64,000 bases of DNA from NCBI GenBank assembly GCA_951406725.2, contig OX597841.1, forward strand, positions 12,772,001 to 12,836,000, read 5' to 3'. Shown one piece after another: positions 55,600 to 64,000 of this stretch. The notes beneath the pieces are model-generated. The model ran no database searches and had not been told where the DNA came from. It was given only the letters and a program-made list of their open reading frames with translations. A program made the position numbers and the translations under genes. This DNA is from Octopus vulgaris. Its lineage: Eukaryota. Within the stretch, counting starts at the first letter, position 1. Each line of letters opens with the position of its first letter.

Positions 55600-56560
55600 G
55601 ACATGTAAGTGACCAAGATCACGACATTCACCTGAATAGGGGTTCCAGTCCATCACAGGGTGGTTCCTTGTTTACAGCTAAGTGTGCTGGAACAATTGGA
55701 AATGAAGCGCTTTGCTCAAAAATACAATGCATCACCCAGTCCAGGAACTGAACCCACGATCTGTCAATCATGAGTGCTGCTCCCTAACCACTTGGCCACA
55801 TTACCCTATGACCTGGGTCTCATACAGCTGGTCATCCAGTTTGCATGGCTTATAACTGACAAAGTTCACAACACTGCTCCTGGACAGAAAGCCAGTCCAT
55901 TGCAGGTTGTTCCTTTTTTACAGCTGAGTGGACTGGACCAATGGGAAATGAAGTGTTTTTATTGAAAACACAATGTGCCACCCAGTCCAGGAATTGAACC
56001 CATAATCTTCAGATCATGAGTGCAACACCTTAACCACTTGTCCACATTATCTATAGTAAGTACTCTCTCCAGTCTTAGGGGTTGTAGGGCTTGTACCTTC
56101 TTTCCAAAGCATATAAATAACCAAGATCCCAACGTGACTCCCTGAATGAAAAGCCAGTCCATTGCAGGGTGGTTCCGCTTTTACAGCTGAGTGGACTGAA
56201 ACAACAGGAAATGAAGTGTTTTACTCAAGAATACCATGTGCTACCCGATCCAGGAATCGAAACCATAGTCTTGCAGTGGTAAGCCCAAACACCTTAACCT
56301 CTGGACCACATTACCCTATCTCTTGTAATTACTGTCCCCAGTCTTAGGAGTCATAAAATCTGGTTGCCTGGTTTCCATGGCAATTAAGTGGCCAAGATCA
56401 CAACATAAACCAGATCATTGCAGGGTAACTCATTCACTTTTCAGGGAGGAACTTGAAATGAAGTGTTTTGCTCAAGAACACAATCCACTGCCTGGTCTAG
56501 GAATTGAAACTACAATCTTGCAATCTGAAGACTACACCCTACCCACCACACCACATGCTT
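55600..56560 (-). repeat. Tandem array of four diverged 250-bp units, each containing an old SINE head
   Basis: CCAGTCCATTGCAGG...TTTACAGCTGAGTGGACTG...GAAATGAAGTGTTTT...CCAGGAATTGAACC repeats near 55645, 55892, 56154 and 56415. Confidence 0.75.
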
Positions 56561-57782
56561 CCACAGTAACCGATTACATACAGTAAAACCACATCTTTGT
56601 CCTTGGGTCATGCTTGGTCAAACCCAGACTCAATTCCAAGAATTTTGACTGGGCCTTTGTTACAACTGGTCAAGCCTTTGTCTGAGATTTACATTAAGGG
56701 TACCTGTGACCATGGAATACTCAGCCAGTCATATGTGTTCCATTCCAAGTATTCAGGGATGCTTATTTGAGGACAACTGCCTTTCTTCTACTCATTAGTA
56801 TCGTTGGTCCCTAAAAGAGGCCCAATTTTTTGCAGTCCTTCCTTGCTTGATTAAGTTGTAAGAAAATACAGGGGTGGGGTGAAGAGAAAAAAAGCCATGT
56901 GTTATTTCTGCGCGGTCTGTTACGTTCTGAGTTCAAATCCTGGTCGTGGTTGTCTTTATCTTTGATACCTTCTGGGGTTTATGAAGCAAACAAAGTAACA
57001 AGTCATGTCCTGTGGGATGGTAGGGTGGGGTGGAATTAAATGTTCTTCTAGAATATTCTAAACGTGGATGGAATAATAAAGAAAAGATAAAGAAAGAAAG
57101 AAAAAGAAGAAAGAAAGAAAGAAAGAAAAGAAGACGTTTTTTCCCCTTAAACATCATTTTCTTCTGTCATCAGGAACTAATTTCATAGAGTACACACACA
57201 CACACACACATACATGCGCATATAGACACACAGACACACACAATATACACATACTGATGCACATGCGAACATATGTATGCGTACACACACACACATATAT
57301 ATGTATATATGCACACACACACGCAATTTACCCAGATACACTTATATGCATACACACACGTATATATATATATACATTCATATAAATATATATATATATA
57401 TACATACATACATACGTACATACATACAAATACACACTACACATATACACAGCCATACATATATACACAGATATACACAATTTACACATATTGATATACA
57501 CATATATGCTTACACACACACACACACACACACAAAATAAAAGACTTCTGAAGCTAACAGCAACTTCTTGCAAGGAATCAAAGAACACAGGATGAGGGAC
57601 AAACCTGAAGCTTTTACACTTATTGATTGACTACAGAATATTTGTATATAAAAATAACAAGTTAAAGTCTGTCTTACCTCTCTCTCTCTCTCTTGTTTTG
57701 TTATTTTTTCCTGCCATGACCACCCCATTTCATTTTTCAGTCAGCTGGTGTTAGCCTTCCTTGAGAAAAATAAAATTTATAG

Positions 57783-58330
57783 CAAGAGCACTCAGAGAGT
57801 GCAAACCTCCGCCAAGGCAACACCAATGTCCTCTCAACGATTAGCCAGAAATTATTTTTATAAAATAAGAATGTCTGAAATAAACTCGACTGCTCTCACA
57901 AACGAGAATACTAAAAATGAACCTGACCACTCTCAAAAATTCAGTAAAAAAACGGAAAATAATCCAGAATCCTTGTTTGGTATTGGATTGATCTGAAAGT
58001 CTAATCCGTTTGTGCCAGTTACGAGGCCAAACATCCCTGAAAGTTTCATCTGAATCCATCCAGCGGTTCTTGAGATATCTTGTCCACGGACAAACAGACA
58101 CGACTGAAAACAATACCTCCGCCTTAGCGAAGGTGGAAGTAATAATAATAATAATAAGAGCACTCAGAGAGCGCAAATCTCCGCCAAGACAACACGAATG
58201 TCCTCTCAGCGATTAGTCGGAGATGATTTTTTAAAAATGAGAATATCTGAAATGAACCCAACCGCTCTCAAAAATTCAGTAAAAAAAAACCGGAAAAATA
58301 ATCCAGATTTCTTGTCCGGTCCGGGATCGA
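57783..58330 (-). mobile_element. Helentron-associated (HINE/DINE-1-like) element plus a partial second copy
   Basis: Subterminal ACCTCCGCC inverted repeats, terminal hairpin GCACTCAGAGAGTGC, GTCTGTTTGTCCGT microsatellite. The partial copy starts at about 58156. Confidence 0.7.
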
Positions 58331-58809
58331 TCCCGATGGTAGTCATGAAATGTGAAGGTGGCTGCAGAAAATTTAGTAACAGTCGTGAATCCGCGATAGT
58401 TGAACCGCGAAGTAGCGAGGGATCACTGTAACTAGAAAGAAAAATGATTCTCTCTCACCGAACGAAAGGTGGATTTAATGATATTCATGTATGGCCGGAT
58501 GTCCCTTTAGGAAGGGCGCCCAGCCGTAGAAACCTTGCCAAATCTGATTGGAACTTGTTGCAGTTCCCCAGCTGAGTAGTTTTCAGTCGAATCGTCGAAC
58601 CCATGCCAGCATGGAAAACGGACGTTAAATGATGATGATGAACAGCATCGTAGTGAGACGCAGCACTAAATGTGGGAAGATGGCGAGCAAAAGTTAGAAA
58701 GAAACGAAGCAGAATGTTTCGTTTCGTTTCTAACTTTTGCATCACCATTAAGATGTAAGAGATGAGCTGTGAGCGAAACTGTTTATGGAATCAGGTGAGA
58801 AGACTTGAC

Positions 58810-59105
58810 ATTTCGTTCATTGTTCGAGCGTGGCCGAGACAATGGAATTTACTATGTTGCGCCGGACTTCACGGTCCATCATAGCATTACGGAGGTCCTG
58901 TTGCTGGATGCCTGTATCCCTGGAGATTACATCAGGGTAGGAGAGTGTGCGCCCTCTGGTGTCGCGAGCAGATGACTTCCAGAGGAGTAGAAATTAACTC
59001 GTTTTCAGCTCTACAACAATGTCCAGCAAACTGGACTCTCTTACCTATCACAAGAGATGACACAGGTGCTAGTTTCCTATATTGATACAGGTGGTAATTT
59101 CCCAT
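58810..59105 (-). mobile_element. LINE ORF2 C-terminal remnant
   Basis: LYQYRKLAPVSSLVIGKRVQFAGHCCRAENELIS resembles the post-RT RRL.F.GH..R motif. Confidence 0.65.
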
Positions 59106-59669
59106 GTTAACAGGTGTGTCCCTGCGATGGATAAAGGAGGTGTAAGGAGATCCGGGTGGATGGAACCTGCAGGAAAATAACATTTAAGGGGAGAAATTTG
59201 AACTCGGGAAGTTGGACCTCGCGAAGAAGATGAAGGAGGAGCACAACAAGCGCGGGGGATGCGAAGAGGATGAATACCTGATGCACAGGTGAAAGCAGAG
59301 AAAAAAAAAGAACAGTAGTTAAAGTGGCGGTGATGGAGGTGGTGATTACAATGATGATGGTGTTGGTGGTAGTGATGATGATGATGATTGTCATGGTGGT
59401 GAAGTGAAGGTGGGTGGCTCAGTGGTTAGGGTTACTCGGCTCAAGGTCGTAAGTTTGATTCCCGGCGGCATATTGTGCCCTTGAGCAAGACACTGTCTGT
59501 GGAGTACTCAACCAACTGCACATTAATTTCATCAACATGCTGTTCCGTTCGTCGGATCAACTGGTACACTCGTCGTAGTAACCGACGGAGTGCCATATTT
59601 ATTGGTGGTGGTGATGATGATGATGATGATGATGGTGGTGATGGTGATGATGATGGTGGTGATGGTGAT

Positions 59670-60140
59670 GGGATTCAAATCAATGCGGATCATCACCGAG
59701 AGACTTCAGTTGTTGGTAGGGACAGTCAGAATCGTGATGCAAGGGGACATTCGATACAAGTCGTATTTACTGAGGGGGCGGGGGTCGATTCATTTTTTTG
59801 CAAAGACATTGGTAAACTGCTTGATCCGTACCAGAAGTTCACTTAACGAACATGGCCTGCCTTGGTCCTTCTCTGATGAGAAAATCTTCGAACAAGACAA
59901 AAAGTCATACAAGAGAAACTGTAGATGGTTGTGCGCAGGTCTTTGCGATGTCCCCTGAGTGTCACACGTACAAACTTTCTGGAAACTGTGATGGTTTTAG
60001 GAGCGGTGAGTAACGAGGATCATGTCATGTTGTCTCGCATCTTTCCACAAGGTCCTAAGATTAATGCTTCTGGAGTCGTTGAGGTGCTGGAGACGGTTGT
60101 TAAGCCATGGGTGGATGAGGCCCGCAGCGGAAGGACATGC
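59670..60140 (+). mobile_element. maT/DD37D-like (Tc1/mariner) transposase remnant
   Basis: DIRYKSY...WSFSDEKIFEQDKKSYKRNCRWLC and, after a frameshift, TVMVLGAVSNEDHVM..IFPQGPKINA....EVLETVVKPW. Confidence 0.85.
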
Positions 60141-60144
60141 CTAC

Positions 60145-60181
<37 letters not shown>

Positions 60182-60342
60182 CTACATTCACTAATGTACA
60201 TACATACACACATATTTAGTCTACACGACTATGTATATATACTTGCCAGATCATTACACACACAGAAATATAGTTCTTATATGCAAGTGTATGTATGAAT
60301 TGATGGATGCATGTATCTATCTACGTATATAATATATATATA

Positions 60343-60416
<74 letters not shown>

Positions 60417-60539
60417 TAGATATATATATATATATATATATATACATACATATATACACATATATATATATATACATACATACATATATATACATACATA
60501 TATACATATATATACATATATATATACATATATACATAC

Positions 60540-60572
<33 letters not shown>

Positions 60573-60704
60573 CATACATATATATATATATGTATCTATG
60601 TATGTATATATATATGTATATATATATATGTATGTATATATATATGTGTGTGTATATATATATGTGTGTATATATATATATATATGTGTATATATATATA
60701 CATA

Positions 60705-60737
<33 letters not shown>

Positions 60738-61448
60738 TGTATGTACATGTATATAAGACATGTGGATAGATAGATAGATAGATATACGCATACATACATA
60801 AATAGACAGGTAGATAGATAGTCTCTCTTTCATCCTGTTACCTGGGTACGTCCAAAGAATTTGTGCCAGTTATTTGTAGAATTGGGTGGCGAGGAAGAGT
60901 GGGAGAAAGATAGAGAGAGAGATAGGAAGAGAAACAGAGGGGGAAGGGAAGGAAGGAGGGGCGGGGAGGTACGTATCGAGGTGTATCAGGGTGGTAGAAA
61001 CGTGGGTGCACTCGTAAATACCTGTCTGTTGATAAGCATGAAGCCGGGTGGGAGATGGGAGAGTGGTGGGTGGGTGGGTAGAGGTACGAGGAGGGGAGCC
61101 GGGTGGCGGGGGTGGATAACGGGTAGATGACGTAAGATTATTATTATTTAGCATCCACTTGGGTGTAGAATGAAGAAACGAAATAGCAGACGAGCCATCC
61201 GAGAAATGATTAGACGAACAGACAGACAGACAGACAGACCCTGAAGTGTGGTGGGTCGGTCGGTGGGGGTAGAGGAACACAAAAAAACAGAGGGAAATAT
61301 CTTTAATTGTGTGCGGTGGGGAGAGGGTTACGAGTGATGGGTAGATAAGATTATGGTAACTGAGTTGGTATCGGTACATTTCTCTGTGCACACACACACA
61401 CACACACACAGACAGGCACACACATATATACACAAAATAACATATGCA

Positions 61449-61486
<38 letters not shown>

Positions 61487-61597
61487 CTCGAAACGTTAAA
61501 GACTTGTTTCATTTATATTTCCTGAGCGCCATACTAATACAATTGTTTGTTTGTACTCCACCTGCCTTCGTCTTTTGTCTATTTTCATAAAGCTTCC

Positions 61598-61644
<47 letters not shown>

Positions 61645-61673
<29 letters not shown>

Positions 61674-62028
61674 GGCTGACCCCTCGTTATCGAGTATGGC
61701 CATTGCACGAAGCTTAACTGTTACTGGTGCTGTGATCGAATGTGACTTTTTAGCCCAGCCAAAGACCTACAATGTCTTGTACAAAATTGGCAACTAAGAC
61801 CTTCACTGGTAATAAGCCGGCTGTAGTTGTAACAGGGCTTCATGTACCTTTGCATATAGTTTAAGTCCTCCTGCCGAATTAAACTCTCTTCCACATGCCC
61901 GACAGATATGATTAGTATGGTGTGTTACACCACCACCAGTGGCCAGGTTGTCACTCATCTGTCTCGCTTTTTGACTATGAAGATGACTCTTGAGTCCAGC
62001 TTTACTGAAGCAAGGTCTTGCACAGACA
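61645..62028 (-). mobile_element. LINE 3' end with C-terminal C2H2-like fingers and (TAA)n tail
   Basis: VCARPCFSKAGLKSHLHS and ICRACGREFNSAGGLKLYAKVH, followed by a short 3'UTR ending ...GAGGGGTCAGCCA(TAA)n. Confidence 0.7.
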
Positions 62029-62684
62029 TTTACATAATATCGAGGTCTCTTTCTTTCTTTTGCTATCTTACCGTTTTTATCAATATATATATATATATAT
62101 ATAACGGGAAGCTTTATGAAAATAAACAAAAGACGAAGGCAGGTGGAATACAAACAAACAATTGTATTAGTATGGCGCTCAGGAATATAAATAAAACAAG
62201 TCTTTTACGTTTCGAGCCTACGCTCTTCAACAGAAAGATACACAGAAAAGAAACAAGGAGAGAAAAAGGAGAGAAAAAATGCGTGCAGAAGCTAGCGATG
62301 AGAGAGAGAGAGAGAGAGAGAGAAGAGATAGATAGATAGATAGATACATACATACATACATACATACATACATACATACATACATACATACATACATACA
62401 TACATACATACATGCATACATACATACATAGAGTAAGCCTGCAATATATGTTTAAGACGTATTTCTCGATTTTTAAGTGTTTCCTCACGTCCGCGACGTA
62501 AAAGTTTTAAGTAATTGTCTTTATATCGAGTCTGACGAGGCTTTGGCTTTGTGGATACCTTAAGTAACTCCATGTCCTTAATTTAAAAGTTTCTGAGCGG
62601 GAACGTGAAACTCTGAGTAAATCCTTAAATCCTTAAAAATGTTTTAGCCCGAAGGCCGCGGCCATGCTGGGGCACCACCGCTGG

Positions 62685-62791
62685 AAAAAATATGGAACGC
62701 TTCACGAATTTGCGTGTCATCCTTGCACAGGAGCCATGCTAATCTTCTCTGTATCGTTCCAATTTAACTATATGTACTGCCGAAGCAAGTA
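62685..62791 (-). pseudogene. U6: U6 snRNA retrocopy (near full length), fused to a retroelement tail
   Basis: Minus strand TACTTGCTTCGGCAGTACATATAGTTAAATTGGAACGATACAGAGAAGATTAGCATGGCTCCTGTGCAAGGATGACACGCAAATTCGTGAAGCGTTCCATATTTTTT. ACAGAGA box and AGC triad intact. AGTAA TSD. The upstream flank is repeat sequence, not a U6 promoter. Confidence 0.95.
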
Positions 62792-63043
62792 ACAGATTTT
62801 TTGTGATTTTTGTTTGCAGCTTTATTAATAAAGTGTGTGTGTATCAGTGACCATCTTTTGCGTCTTTCCTCGAACGGGTGGAGACTAAGGTCCTTCAGCT
62901 TCTCCCAGCGGCTCATCTGTTACACGGAGGCGATTTGGGTCTAACAACATTGGGTTGCTCTGAACTCTGCTGTTACTTTGTAACCCTTTAGCGACCGTTA
63001 TTGGAACCATTAATCCGGGTGACACACGACAAATAATCTCCAC

Positions 63044-63172
63044 AGTCCCGGGTTCAGTCCCACTGCGTGGCACCCTGGGCAAGTGTCTTCTGCTATAGCC
63101 CCGGGCCGACCAATGCCTTGTCAGTGGATTTGGTAGACGGAAACTGAAAGAAGCCCGTCGTATATATGTATG

Positions 63173-63203
<31 letters not shown>

Positions 63204-63400
63204 TTGTCCCCCTAGCATTGCTTGACAACCGATGCTGGTGTGTTTATGTCCCCGTTACCTAGCGGTTCGGCAAAAGAGACCGATAGAATAAGTACTGGGC
63301 TTACAAAAGAATAAGTCCCGGGGTCGAGTTGCTCGATTAAAGGCGGTGCTCCAGCATGGCCGCAGTCAAATGACAGAAACAAGGAAAAGAATAAAGAGAG
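63044..63400 (+). mobile_element. SINE family A (5'-truncated)
   Basis: Body and tail match 25742. Confidence 0.9.
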
Positions 63401-63807
63401 AGTAAGAGTACTCCAAGACATTTTTCTTTTTCTTTTCCTCTTTTCTCTCTCTCTCTCCTGAATGATCTCGGCATCCACCCAGCCCGTCGCCGATGACCAG
63501 CAACCTCATGTGAACTCGTATTCCCACTAAAACTCCGAACATGACCTCCTCACCTCGTCAATAAATGATGGCTACGCTTACGGCACCGGCGCTATCCAAC
63601 GCGCTTGATCTCCCCAGTGGGTGATCCGTCAAATTTGCAAGTCGGGTATTTGGGGTTGCAAGCAAGCAGAAGCATGACTTTGCCTGCTGGAATGTTAGAG
63701 CTGACCATCGGATGAGGTGAACTCATCGGTCGAAACCGGTTCTACCCTGCCCACCCGGGTAAATGCCGCCGCAGCTACAAATACAAGCAGAGCATTGGAA
63801 GCAATAA

Positions 63808-64000
63808 GGTGGCGAGCTGGCAGAAACGTCAGCACGCCGGGCGAAATGCTTAGCGGTATTTCGTCTGCCGTTACGTTCTGAGTTCAAATTCCGCCGAGGT
63901 CGACTTTGCTTTTCACCCTTTCGGGGTCAATTAAATAAGTACCAGTTACGCACTGGGGGGGGTCGATGTAATCGACTTAATACCTATGTCTGTCCTTGTT
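63808..64000 (+). mobile_element. SINE family C (runs off the window)
   Basis: Matches 12577-12806. Confidence 0.9.

Noticed and set aside
61803-62153. Host C2H2 zinc-finger gene
   Set aside because: The fingers are degenerate and followed by a short UTR and (TAA)n tail, and the ORF start lies in an unrelated repeat. A LINE C-terminus fits better.
62685-62791. Functional U6 gene
   Set aside because: It has a TSD, a fused retro-tail, 5' microhomology with the target and substitutions near the internal stem-loop, and no recognisable PSE/TATA upstream.
63696-63744. Hammerhead-like CTGACC..GATGAG/CTCATC-GGTC-GAAA-CCGGTT
   Set aside because: The core lacks NGA and stem I is poor, so at most a decayed relic. 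The surrounding 63440-63800 sequence remains unexplained.

Overview
AT-rich, repeat-saturated eukaryotic genomic DNA. The SINE families and microsatellite load suggest an octopus or other coleoid cephalopod (inference). The only protein-coding signal I can support is three phase-compatible + strand exons (18496-18586, 33541-33663, 51942-52197) encoding the 3' end of a Tiki/TRABD2 Wnt-inactivating metalloprotease homolog, so most of the window is intron. The rest is (TA)n/(CA)n/(GATA)n microsatellites, several SINE families, RTE and other LINE remnants, mariner/maT remnants, a hAT MITE, Helitron/Helentron-like elements and two minisatellites. Three things stand out. (1) Many short elements embedded in (TA)n arrays carry type I hammerhead ribozyme motifs with palindromic stem III, several with a canonical core, often with fold-back inverted repeats, as in Penelope-like pLTRs or retrozymes. 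(2) A two-copy element holds all hammerhead parts in a permuted, pseudoknotted order. (3) A near-full-length U6 snRNA is fused to a short retroelement 3' tail and inserted with a 5-bp TSD. Coordinates were read by eye, repeat boundaries are approximate, and no database searches were run.
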